From Octopus sinensis (lineage: Eukaryota), in the NCBI RefSeq assembly GCF_006345805.1, contig NC_043008.1, positions 30,318,001 to 30,382,000 of the forward strand: a stretch of 64,000 nucleotides of DNA. Direction: 5' to 3'. Shown here piece after piece: positions 1 through 12,306 of this stretch. The position numbers were made by a program, and so were the translations under genes. Under the pieces are notes generated by a model, which was given only the letters and a program-made list of their open reading frames with translations, made no database searches and had not been told where the DNA came from. Positions within the stretch are counted from its first letter, which is position 1. Every line of letters begins with the position of its first letter.

Positions 1-2959
1 TTGTTCTTTTTAATCCGGTGATAAAATTTCAAATAGTGTTAGTATTTTATGTCGCTTTTGCGATCAAGAGATAGTACATACACACCTTTGCATAGTTCCC
101 TTATCTTCGAGCTTGTTCAAATAAAGCGGTAGTCTACTAGGCAAGTTTTCATTCTACAAAAAATATGAATTATTCATATATTGGTTCGATTTATCGATAT
201 TATAGGCTGAAAGTTGACTGTGTTTTCAGTCAAAGCAAATTTTCACTCGCCTTAAATACGAGATTCGGTGATCTGCGTTTGATATCCTTTTGGTGGCTAA
301 TATTGCAGGAAATACCTCTGTATACACTAAATGAATCCCTTGCAGTACATACTAAAGAAACAAAAACTGAAAACGCCTGTTTGTGACCAATACAAGTTTG
401 TCACTTTATAAGTTGGCCGGTATGAAAAATATTATGATATTAACATGATTGTCATGAAGCGTTCATAGTGTCTTTTTGTTTACAGACATATATCATGTTA
501 GTAATTTTCTTGTTGTGTTGGGATGGCATTCTGAGGTTCCTAGTTTCACCTTAGTGTTTTTCTTTTGTGTTTTTTTTCTGCTTCTTCACTAACTTCTTTC
601 GTTGCTCTCCTTTTTTTTCATAACTTTTTGCTAATTCAGCGTTTGTTTTATATATGGTAGAATCCTTTGTTTTATTGAAATATTTCTGTACAGTTACAAT
701 ATATACTTTATTTTGTTTGCGTAATTGTTTACCAGTTACTCATGCATGTTTAATGCATTTCCTTCCGATTAATAATATTTTACACGTGGTTAAATTTTCC
801 ACGATTACCGGTAGGGACTGTCTAACGGATTATAGCACTCAATTCATCCATGCAATATTCACAGTTTTTTATATCCAGCCATAAATTTCGGTTATGGCTT
901 TATAATCAGAAATTGTTCTTTACAGAAAAATTAGGTCTTGCAGCAAGCCTTCTCTTCTCCGGGAAAGGATTTATGAATATTCAAATGCATGCTCGTGTAT
1001 CTGAGCTGTATGAGGCATTGTCGTTTACGAGAGTATGATTTCTTCTTTAATACACTGTTTTATTTTAGCTTATACTACTTATTGTTTATAGTCAGTTTGC
1101 AGAAACATGCAACCCAAATTGTGCCTAGACTTTATAATCATAGTGTTTGGCAACGCCTCATTTTTTATTTTAATGAAGTACACAACGGGGAAGTACTTCC
1201 AATATGTTGATAAGCAAGATACTTAGAAACAAAACGAATGCTTTCTTGCCGTTAATCTATGCACTTAAACTGTTTTCGTTCTCCTTATTTTAGCAGTGTC
1301 AGTTTTGTTAATAAGACTCTGGTCAAGAGTCGAATAGATCATGTGAATACAATACTTCTGTTCTACAAAAGTTACAATATGTATTTTTTCATTTTAATTT
1401 TTGTAATTTTTTTTTTATTATCGTGATTGATTAGATTTTGGGATACACTTTATGATTTAGCAACGGACAATGGATTAGTTTATAGACGCCATATCTTTAC
1501 ACTCTTTCTTGAAAACCATTGTGGTTCTACGTATAAGGAGACATCGAGATACTTGTGCTGGGCAGCTTAACAGAGAGCAGAAAACTCGTTATCTGTCAGT
1601 GTAATCAGTTAAAGGACAACCTCTAATAAATTTACTTCGTAGAACAGTCAGGAATTTTCTAGTTCCCAAAGCTATTAATGTAAGCATGAAATCAGGCTGT
1701 ATAGTTCTTAGAGATGATGGTATTTCAATTTCTAATACTCTTCTTGTCAGCTACTCCATTTTCGTTCTTTCTTTTATAAATTGATTATTTTTCTATTAAA
1801 TTCTATCAGAATGTTATAAGATTTGAGCAGATTGCTTTCAAAATTGTGGTTTTGGGAGTACAATTCTCTCGACTACAAAACATTTGTAATCTTTGATTTC
1901 AAGGATTAATATTTTCTTCTTGATATGCCATAGAGCTTTGCCTTTGTTCATTATTCATGTTGTATTTAGTATCTGATAAGAGTACGAACATTTGTAAAAA
2001 TTTCTACAAAGTTTAAATATTGTTAACTTCGTTTTTTTACTTGCTTCACAACATGCAAAATATATTCTATACATTAAATTACTTTTCTTGTAACCCAAAC
2101 CTATTCTTTGTTGGTGTCTTATCTCATTTATAATGGTACATTGTTTATTTAATCCGACATAGTCTGTTGTAGTGGGTACGCATGTTTATCTAATCCCAAT
2201 TATTTTGTAGTGAGTATTCAATTTGGTAGAGAATTGTTTCACTGTGTAATATAACGTAGTAAACGGTAACCTTCTCCTTTGTATGGTACTGATAGAATCC
2301 ATTAACCTACGCTGGTTTTTAAGAAATTGCCTCTTTAGCGTATTGTATTTTCACTGTATTTAGTTGATACATGTAATCTAGGATTCTTATTGTTCAGCGG
2401 TACATACCAGAATTTGTGTCACTGATGTGATATGGCTACCGGAAACGTAATGTCTATTCTGTCAACGTTCTTATAGTTATTCTCAGCAGTAACAGTAATA
2501 TTTCTCTCGTGATTCTTCCAAATGTTACTACTTTTGTTAAACATTACTAGGATTTCTTCCCATATTCAGCACCAGCAAATATATTGTCATAATCACATTT
2601 TAGGGCTGATATTTCTGGGCTCCACATAATTTGAATCTGTGTTGTTTACTAGTAGTGTGATTTAATCTAAGGATCTGGAAGTGTTGGTGTCATCAAAGTA
2701 GAGACAATACATGTATCCACTGTTCACAGAAAGTATATTAACATATATGTTTTATATTATATCATATTACATCATATTAGATTAAATTAAATTATTTTAT
2801 ATTATTATAAATTTTCCCATGATCACAAACGAGGAGCTATAAACATTGTCTAATATATGACACGTGATTCGTTCGATCGACAGAAGTGAGATGTACAGAA
2901 CGAAGTGAGATAACATTAATGGCTCTCTGCACACCTGCTGTCAGACTGGTAGCGCAAGA

Positions 2960-3290
2960 CATAGTGAAAAAAAGTTAAAGGGTTTATAGGCAGAGCTATT
3001 ACGCGTGGGGCTAACATTGAAATCATCCTTACATTTGCAACTCTGAGGGAGAGGTGGAAATTACTGATGCGATACAAAGAAATGTTATCTGGAGACAGTT
3101 GTTCAGATATACAAGTCCTGATGATATCCACACCGGGAACACAGCAAAACTGTTGTGGAGCAGTGCGGGGAAAGCCAAGCTGCTATTGGTCTGTCATCAA
3201 AGAATGCAAAGAAGGCAACAAGAAGAGCAGGAGGATTTAGAAACTTGTCTTTTGAAGAGTACTGGTTGCATTTCTTAGGATTAGGGGAAA
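2960..3290 (+). mobile_element. Possible very degraded CR1/L2-type LINE 3' coding remnant
   Basis: Mixed-frame translation gives KVKGFIGRAITRGANIEIILTFATLR and KKATRRAGGFRNLSFEEYWLHFLGL, resembling CR1 C-terminal motifs (GFI.R.I....I..LY..L.R; QRRAT+..G..NLSYEERL..LGL). Weak, frameshifted. Confidence 0.35.
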
Positions 3291-3599
3291 TTCGATTGTG
3301 GTTGGAGTCGATAATCAGATAATTAATATACGCTTCATCAGTAGTTTCATCTATCATCAGAAGACGATGCAGAGCAGATATAGAGAAGGTGACGAAATAA
3401 TTTAGAATAAAGAAAAAAGAAAAATGCACGTCAAAGGTAAAATAAATCGAGAAGGACACAAAGAGTTTCCCGGAAAGAAAGCTCGCTACTCTCTCTGCTT
3501 CTGTTTCCCTCTCTTTCGGTCTTTGTTTCTTTCTGTCTATCTGTCTCTATTTCTCTCTCTCCCTCTCTTTCTCTCTCTCCGTCTCTGACATTTGCACCA

Positions 3600-5200
3600 C
3601 ACTGAAATGTCCATCAATGTCATCATTTTATGGGGTCCTTCTCAGACAACACCTGTCTTGTTTGTTATATTATTTTCACCCTATTAGGCTTTAGATGTCA
3701 TTGCCTATATAGTGGAATTTCTTGCCATGGTTTTTGCATACATTTTGCATACAATCTCATTTTTAGTTTCATTTATGCTTTTCTATTAATGTAGTACAGC
3801 CCCTTCATAATTGCTTGAAGTTTTAGGATTCCTAAGATACAAAAAATAGTTTTGTATTTTGTTCATATTTACTGGATATTCGTATTTATTATCCATTCTT
3901 CTCCTCTACATATTTTCGTAGTTGTGCGATTTTAAGATTGCTCTCCTTTTGCGTTTCCCTCCTCCTGTCTCTATTTGTAATAAATGTATCTCTATTTCAC
4001 ATTTTGTGAATTCTTTTCTATTTGAAGTCACCATTTTTTTGTCCTATGTCTGTCTAGGCATGATGATTTATTTAGCTTTCAATTAAGATTATCGAGTTAA
4101 GTAGATTTTCGTTCCTTATTTCATTACACTTGCATTAAGCTCTGATTCAATTATTAGACTAAAGCAATTATGATAATCATTCCTAATTTTTTTTCTTTCT
4201 ACTGAGATAGTTCATTGACTCGTTAGTTTATTTGAGTCTGTTCTGCTTAATTTGCATATATGTCTTCTTTATCTAATGTAATATTAGTGTTCTTAGTTAA
4301 TTTTCATGATTTCAAAGTGCACTTTTCTTATCAAATATATCAATTCCCCGAGTAAGTTTCTGCTGTTTTGAATTCTGTTTCATTTCTTTGTCATCAATAG
4401 TTTACAGACTGAGATCGTTCGTTAAAAATATTTTATTTCTCACCCCATAGCATTTGAGTTTGTGTTAAATTTGATTTACCATACTAGTTAAATGTGGAAA
4501 TGTCTTTAACTAAGGCAGCGCACAAAGTTAGATTTTGAATTCTTTTCGTCTACCATAAATATGTTTGGTGTCCTATGTTATTCTCTACCCACATTTCCAG
4601 AGTTTATTATTCATTTATCAATAACCTATTAAATAAATCTACTACCAAATACTAACAATTCATTCAATGGCACTATTATCTGGATCCGTACGTGGTGAAT
4701 ACTATTGCTCAGACTTTTTTTAAACTCCAGTTACTTCAATTCCGACTTTGCTAATTAATACATGAACACCGAAACCACATTTATACTTCTCTTTAAATAA
4801 TCTATTCTCTGTGACGAAGCTGTAGGAAAGCAGGTTATGAGTCAGTAGGTTTTAAGGCTTATTGTTTCATTAGTCTTTGGAATCAAGATGGTTTCCTTCT
4901 CAGATATTGTCTCTGGTCCTTTCAGTTTCTTATTAAATACTTCTTAAATAATGAGCTGATAACTTTGGGATCCACTCCGTTCCTAGTCCCGTACAACATT
5001 TTGATTTTGTAGTGTCTGGCTCAATTCTTATGGTAATATGGCTTAATACAGTTATTCGGCTGGTATGTTCGTTGTGATGAAAGGTTACCTGTTTGCGTCT
5101 TACTTCGATGTATGTGCTCCTCACGGGAATTACTTTTCTTCTCTTGCCGCTAATGCTGCATTGATTCCAGTTATATTACGATTTAGTTCTTGATAAAATA
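3600..5200 (-). mobile_element. Old, heavily degraded R4/Dong-type LINE reverse transcriptase fragment
   Basis: The minus strand at about 4905-4830 reads KETILIPKTNETISLKTY*LITCFPT (cf. T.LIPK......NYRPITCLPT). Downstream pieces resemble Dong RT (LCAALV, TNITLDKE, KPWQE). Many stops and frameshifts. Confidence 0.55.
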
Positions 5201-5394
5201 CTTTTAGACTGGACTCGAACAAGAAAAGGATATAAAGTGAACACCTTCCAAAATCTAACACAGATATATTATGTTTTTAAACGATCGTTTAACTTTTTCA
5301 TCACAGCGGACTTTTTACGAGTCAACGACAATTCCCTGTTTCAAGAGATCTTTGATACTTTTAGAAGAGCGTAAAACGTACGAGATGTCCGACT

Positions 5395-5470
5395 TTATAC
5401 TCCGAGTTCACGTTCCGCCGATATTGATTTTGCCTGTCATCTTTTCGTGGGCTGTAAAATACGTATCACT
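5395..5470 (+). mobile_element. Degraded fragment of tRNA-derived SINE family 2
   Basis: GAGTTCACGTTCCGCCGATATTGATTTTGCCTGTCATCTTTTCG aligns by eye to the SINE body at 31287 and, reverse-complemented, at 22750 and 51085. Confidence 0.5.
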
Positions 5471-5544
5471 AGAGCAGTAATAATAACAATAGTAATGATA
5501 TTAACAATAATTGTGATGGTGATGCGAGTCGTTATCACGCCGAA

Positions 5545-5720
5545 TAAAATGCTTTGCAGTATTTTGTCTGTTTTTACATTCTAAGCTCAAATGCCCCAAG
5601 GTGGACTTTTCCGTTCATCCTTTCGAAGTCAATGAAATAAGTACTATCTTCACCCTTAGCTCAATGTAATAGACTAGTCCCCTCCACCAATATTTCAGGT
5701 ATTGTGTCTCTAGTGGAAAT
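5545..5720 (+). mobile_element. Degraded tRNA-derived SINE family 2 copy
   Basis: AATGCTTTGCAGTATTTTGTCTGTTTTTACATTCTAAGCTCAAATGCC...CATCCTTTCGAAGTCAATGAAATAAGTAC matches the other family 2 copies. Confidence 0.6.
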
Positions 5721-5729
5721 GATTCTTAT

Positions 5730-5742
5730 TTTTCTTCTTCTT

Positions 5743-5840
<98 letters not shown>

Positions 5841-5858
5841 TATTATTATTATTATTAC

Positions 5859-5894
<36 letters not shown>

Positions 5895-5967
5895 TGTTAT
5901 TATTATTAGTATTATTATTACTATTATTATTACTATTATTATTATTATTATTGTTATTATTATTATT

Positions 5968-6005
<38 letters not shown>

Positions 6006-6172
6006 TATCCTCATCATCATTATTATTATCATTATTGCTACTACTATTATTATTATTACTACAACTATTATTATTATTACTAATACTACTATTATTACCA
6101 TTATTATTATCATTACTATTATTATTATTATTATTATTCTTTATTTTTATTTATTATATTATTATCATTATT

Positions 6173-6207
<35 letters not shown>

Positions 6208-6209
6208 TA

Positions 6210-6243
<34 letters not shown>

Positions 6244-6255
6244 ATTATTATTAAT
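5730..6255. repeat. Compound trinucleotide microsatellite (TTC)n-(TTA)n-(TCA)n-(TTA/CTA)n, about 525 bp
   Basis: Seen directly; it generates the poly-I/L/Y/S ORFs in the track. Confidence 0.97.
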
Positions 6256-7560
6256 TGTTTTACTTCCTAGAGCGCTCAGTCTTTTGTGCTCTTGTCGATT
6301 CTGTAAGAGCGGACAGTAGCCTGTTGTTAGAGGTTTTACGGGCTCTCTCCGAAAAATTATAAGCTTTGATAATTGGATGTTAATTATGGTGGGAGACATT
6401 CAACATCCAAGTACCAACCTCAAAAACCTTAGCTGTCCCCGCAGAGCAGTTTTTTGGGCCAGCTCTGTTCTCATGTCAATCTCAGTTTCTCTGACATAAT
6501 TCTCGAATTTGGTTGTAAGTGCTTCGACTTCCCTTACAACTACTGGAATGATAGACACTCTCCTCACAGTCCACACTCTCACTATTTCATCTTTTAGTAG
6601 TCTGTACTTCTCAATTTTTCTAGATATTTGTCCTTTATGTGTGCATCGCCAGGGATTGTAAAACCTATAGTTTTAGTTTCCATTTTTCCTTTATCTGCCA
6701 CAAAAATGTTGGGTCTCCCAGCATTGATTAGGGAGTCACATTGGATTGTAAAATGCCACAGTATCTTATATTCATTGTTCTTCGTAACTACTTTTCATTC
6801 ATGTTTGTACCATCTCTGTGCTCTGTCCTGGCCGTACTTTACACATAGTCTCCAGCGGGAAACTTAGACACATTACCGCTTCACTCATTCACAATATGTG
6901 AGACTCCTTCCTTGTTGCTATCAAACATCCGCCAAAGAGGCAATTCGGTACTCTTAAATATTTGGAACTTAGTGTAATGAGTTCTCAGAGCTTCTTCCGG
7001 GGTGTTGCATAACAATGCGTCTGTGCATCCTTTCAGATCACTTTTTAGCCAATCTCAACTCTTATCGTTTCCACCGATTTTTTTGAGGTATTGTTCGTGC
7101 AGTGATTTCATTTACCAACTGTTTATTCTTTCTTCTTCATCTTATTTTTCAAATGTTTGTGGGTGTGTAAATTTTTCGGTAGGTATTCTTTTGTTAATTC
7201 TAACAGAGGGAAAACAAGGATTCACTCAGCTACTTGATGTACCATCCCATACTGTTGTTGTCGTTTGGCAACACAGATCTTGCATCCCATGAGGCCTCTT
7301 CTTCCATCGTTCCTAAGCATTTAGAGCCTGTCAATAATGCTTTTTTGCGTGTAGCTCGTTGTTGTCATCACTTCTGTTGGTTTTCCTGTTCATTTCCTCA
7401 AGCTCGTTCTTTGTACACCTAATAACACCTGCGCCATATCCTATTAAGGAAACAGTTCATGTTTTCATTGCCCTGATATTGTTCTTTATATCGAGCCTAC
7501 TTCCTATGATTAATTCGGTTCTTCTGAGATATTCTTGCCTAAAGCTTACCTTCATTTCAT
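6253..7560 (-). mobile_element. 5'-truncated R4/Dong-type LINE (thumb region, restriction-like endonuclease, 3' UTR) ending in (TAA)n
   Basis: The minus strand gives KSDLKGCTDALLCNTPEEALRT (cf. GDLK.ETE.L..AAQ.QALRT), KILWHFTIQCDSLINAGRPNI and VSIIPVVV...ELAQKTALRGQLRFLRLVL (RLE C-terminus, cf. VIPVVVGALG...LQK.ALLGTARILR.VL). The 3' end runs into the AAT array. Confidence 0.85.
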
Positions 7561-8230
7561 TTTTCTTGATTTTGTCATTTTCCAATTATCATCATCATCA
7601 TCATTATAACTATTATATAGTTGTCAATGTTTCGGCCCTACTCATTCTCCTATAAATTTGGGGAGTTAGGTGCAGGTTTGCTTATGAGATAGGATATAAG
7701 CTCAGAACAATTACTGCATGACGTGAATAAACCGTGTTCCCTCTAGATGACGATATCAACAGTAGATAGTTTACTACTTTGAAAATACTTCAATGCAACA
7801 ACCGAAGTAAATTAAACATAAACTAGTTGCACTGTATCCAGTTTGTAATGCTAAGATAGATTAATGTAATGTGTACTAACAATCTTGGATATTTAGATGA
7901 AAAAGCTAGAAATATATTTACCTAAGCCGGTATGAATATGCGATTATGTCTTTGCGTATATGTAACCGTACAAACAGAAGCAAAATGAGATGATGTGTGT
8001 GTGTTTGTGTGTGTGTGTATGTGTGTGTGTATGTGTGTGTATGTGTATGTTTGTGCACGTGCATTATCTGAATGCAGTAAATACAGAAAAGTGTTTTTCT
8101 GTAGATAAAAAATACACCTACATCTACAAATACATATACATGCATGTATAGACGCATAATTACAAAGATATTAATACACACATGCACATACATTATATAT
8201 TTCGATAAATCAATACATACACATACGCGG

Positions 8231-8274
<44 letters not shown>

Positions 8275-8302
8275 CATATTAAATATACTCACATATATAT
8301 AA

Positions 8303-8338
<36 letters not shown>

Positions 8339-9293
8339 TTATGTCTCTATAAGTAAACATGTATATTCTGACGAATTTGTTTTCCTCGGAAGTAGACTTG
8401 TTCTTCACTTCCAATGTGTGATAAGCCAGATTATATAGATACATGAGTTTCTGTAATGCATAACATAGTTATACAACCATTATTTCTCATAATCTCTCCA
8501 ATTTTTGTCTTGTTTTCTGTATGGATTTCCTCATACATTTCAAGTTAATATTGTATTATTTCATATTTTGTGTTTGATATCGAAATCGTAAGAAAATCAT
8601 TCTCCTATTTTTCATTCTTATTTTTTCTTCCTATTTTCAAATGCTTCATATATTCTAAATCCTTGCGTGTAAAATAATTCTTCATATACTAAATCCTAAA
8701 GAGATTTTTCTCGCGCATTCCGCATTAAAAATATGAATTGTGATGCTGTCATTTTGCTGAACAGCTTAAGTATATGAGATATACATAGCTATAATATATA
8801 CTAGTAATTTTAAAGCTATAAAATATAGGACTAGTATCTCATATATAGAAATATGACACCTACAGCAAAATGTATGTTACATTTCTAGCATGAACACATA
8901 TCTGCATATATCAGATGTTTTCCAGTGCAAAAGTTATCAGTCTAGAAGACGCTGATGCTTTCGCAGAACAAAGATAACAAACTCCATATATGGATCTTTG
9001 ATTTTTAAAATACAATAGCAGCAGTTATACTCTCTTTCTTTACTCTAGGATTTACTAAAGCGGACTACGCTTTCACCAAAATGTTAATGCCAAGATTGGT
9101 GGTCGTCAGTTTCTTCTAGTCATAAGGACACATATTTCAGTGTTGTAGTCTAACTTTCGACCTAACAGTGTGGTAGCCGAAGAATGCTGACCAATATAGC
9201 ATCGGTAAAATTTGGGAGATGAAATCTTGTGCAAGCCCATCATACACATATGCATAGTTACACACACTCACTCACGCACTCACGCACACGTAT

Positions 9294-9338
<45 letters not shown>

Positions 9339-9339
9339 T

Positions 9340-9610
9340 GATAGAAATGGTAAGACAACAAAAGAATGAAAGAGACCTCGATATTGTGTAAATAGAGGAC
9401 TTTATCTGTAAATGTAATATGTGACAATTATTCGGTAGCCATGAGAAAACTCCGAGGTTCGGATGCCTGGGTGGAAATCCACACCGCTATCTCTTCAGAT
9501 ATCCGGCTGATGACGGGGTGAAAATCCACACCGCCATCTCTTCGGTTATCCGTCCATCCGATGGCGGCGTGGATTTCCACCCCGACATCCGAAACTCGGA
9601 GTTTTATCAT
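9340..9610. repeat. PLE-terminus-like repeat with tandem and inverted hammerhead-like units (family C)
   Basis: 9446-9490 is the reverse complement of about 9562-9606, with an internal direct repeat of GGTGGAAATCCACACCGC. The minus strand contains CTGAAGA-long hairpin-GAA(A)C. Confidence 0.6.
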
Positions 9611-9726
9611 AACTACTGAATAATTGCCACATATTACATTTACAGATATATATATATATATGTATGTATGTGTGTATGTATGTATACGTATATACACACA
9701 ACATAAGCTTAGATATATATATATAT

Positions 9727-9760
<34 letters not shown>

Positions 9761-9815
9761 TATATTTATTGATATGTCTATGCATGTGTATATATATATA
9801 TGTGTATGTATATAT

Positions 9816-9879
<64 letters not shown>

Positions 9880-10284
9880 TGTGTGTATCAGGAACGTGCC
9901 TTGGATAAAATAGATCGATAGCAACATTTTCCTTTTATGCAGGTAATTCAATAAAATCATGAAGGTTACTCTGATTACTATACATAACATACAATTTTGT
10001 TTTTGTAGATTAGGCAGGCATAATTCGCCCCTGCTTTTCAATCTCAGTATTTTAGCTACGTGTAGTACTGTTGTATTACACGTGCTGTGTACAGTCCTAC
10101 AACACCGTTTTCGTTAGTTCCTATAAATACAGAAGTATATCTGTCTTCAACTCAGTCGCGCACTTATATGTCGCTTATTTTGTGTGTTTTACTACACAAA
10201 AGTCACCAACTGCCCATCCTGAATAATTACTAATTTATGTTTCTGAAAAAGATCGTCTCTTTCCGTAAAATATTTTGGCGTAAG

Positions 10285-10473
10285 AGTGTATGTGTGGTAA
10301 GTAGCTTGCTTACGAACCACATGATTCCGGGTTCAGACAAAATACATGACACCTTGAGCAAGTGTCTTCTACTATAGCCTCGAGCCGCCCGAAGCCTTGT
10401 GAGTGGATTTGGTAGACGGAAAGTGAAATAAGCTCGTCGCATATATATATGTATGCATATATATGTATATATA

Positions 10474-10524
<51 letters not shown>

Positions 10525-10620
10525 TATGTGTGTGTGTGTATGTGTTTGTATGTTTGTGTGTCCGTGTTTGTCCCTCAGAATCGCTTGACAGCCGATGCTG
10601 GTGTATTTACGTCCTCGAAA
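10285..10620 (+). mobile_element. tRNA-derived SINE family 1 (head, internal (TA)n/(TG)n, partial tail)
   Basis: TGTGTGGTAAGTAGCTTGCTTACGAACCACATGATTCCGGGTTCAG...CCTTGAGCAAGTGTCTTCTACTATAGCCTCG, the same family as 11729, 28011 and 54601. Confidence 0.85.
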
Positions 10621-11236
10621 ATTATCTTAAGAAAAGATTAATGTGTTACATACCAATAAAAAAGCAGTAATATAGTAGAATCATATAGTAGAAGCCATTA
10701 TTCTTTAATTAACATTAAGAAGCAATTGTATTGAGAACAATTCATTATAGCGAATAGCGTAGCGTATTAAGTGAATATTTAAAATGTGAAAATACTGCAA
10801 TATTCGAGTAATTAATGAGGCTCGAGCATGAGCAACAGGTGCAATATAGATTTGGTTGAAATGAACACAGTGCAAGTACTATATGTTTGAAAGATACACT
10901 ATACAGTACATATCATAAACAGTTTGGTATTGTATATTATGTACAAAAATAACATTGCACTCACACACACACTTTTTAGTAATATCTCGAAACAGACACA
11001 TAAAGCATGTAGATATTTGACTGAACTCTTTTTGGTAGAAAAGGTCAAAGGTTGCCCATGATATTTGAACTCAGATCTCCTTCAGTCAAAACTGGTTATC
11101 AAATCAATATTTATACATTCACATAGACTAATGTGTATGCTTCGAGATGTTTCCCGAAAATACAATCATACATACGTATCTATACACACATAAATACATG
11201 CATCCATGCATGCATACATACACACACACACCACAC

Positions 11237-11277
<41 letters not shown>

Positions 11278-11300
11278 GTATGCACGTATGTGTATATATG

Positions 11301-11397
<97 letters not shown>

Positions 11398-11440
11398 AAT
11401 ATATATATTATATATATATATATATATATAATATATATTA

Positions 11441-11473
<33 letters not shown>

Positions 11474-11483
11474 ATATATATAT

Positions 11484-11613
11484 TTTATTATATAGAAGGA
11501 GCTTCTACAGGACTAGAACTGTTTCATTCAAGAGAAATCTTCAGGAAGCTTCCTGAAGATTTCTCTTGAGTGAAACAGTTCTAGTCCTGTAGAAGCTCCT
11601 TCTATATAATAAA
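11484..11613. repeat. 130-bp spacer-less palindrome centred on AAGCTT (11546-11551)
   Basis: The arms are exact reverse complements except 11527 T / 11570 G. Confidence 0.95.
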
Positions 11614-11680
11614 TTAATTTTACTCTGCTATGTATTGAGTACCTTATTTACTGTGGTTAACCCCGAATCAACCCGGGACC

Positions 11681-11728
<48 letters not shown>

Positions 11729-11729
<1 letters not shown>

Positions 11730-12140
11730 AGGAGTGGCTGTGTGGTAAGTAGCTTGCTTACCAACCACATGGTTCCGGGTTCAGTCCCACTGCGTGGCAT
11801 CTTGGGCAAGTGTCTTCTGCTATAGCCCTGGGCCGACCAATGCCTTGTGAGTGGATTTGGTAGACGGAAACCGAAAGAAGCCTGTCGTATATATGTATAT
11901 ATATATGTGTGAGTGTGTATATGTTTGTGTGTCTGTGTTTGTCCCCCTAGCATTGCTTGACAACCGATGCTGGTGTGTTTACGTCCCCGTCACTTAGCGG
12001 TTCGGCAAAAGAGACCGATAGAATAAGTACTGGGCTTACAAAGAATAAGTCCCGGGGTCGATTTGCTCGACTAAAGGTGGTGCTCCAGCATGGCCACAGT
12101 CAAATGACTAAAACAAGTAAAAGAATAAAGAGTAAAGAGA
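11729..12140 (+). mobile_element. Complete tRNA-derived SINE family 1 copy
   Basis: Head with A-box-like TGTGTGGTAAG and B-box-like GGTTCAGTCCC, CTTGGGCAAGTGTCTT, internal (TA)/(TG) tract, tail GGGGTCGATTTGCTCGAC...CAGTCAAATGACTAAAACAAGTAAAAGAATAAAGAG. Confidence 0.9.
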
Positions 12141-12144
12141 GAAT

Positions 12145-12184
<40 letters not shown>

Positions 12185-12254
12185 GCATGTATGAGTGGAC
12201 ATACGCACACAGCGACACACATACGCGCACAAGTACAAAAATACACACACACAC

Positions 12255-12306
<52 letters not shown>

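Noticed and set aside
5661-6319. Long poly-I/L/Y/S/M ORFs (up to 188 aa)
   Set aside because: They are translations of the TTA/TCA/TTC microsatellite; there is no non-repetitive coding signal.
8366-8400. CTGACGA...GGAAG hammerhead-like spacing
   Set aside because: There is no GAAA and no stem II or stem I pairing.
11729-11800. tRNA-like A/B boxes here and in other SINE heads
   Set aside because: They continue into SINE bodies with no cloverleaf or terminator; they are not tRNA genes.
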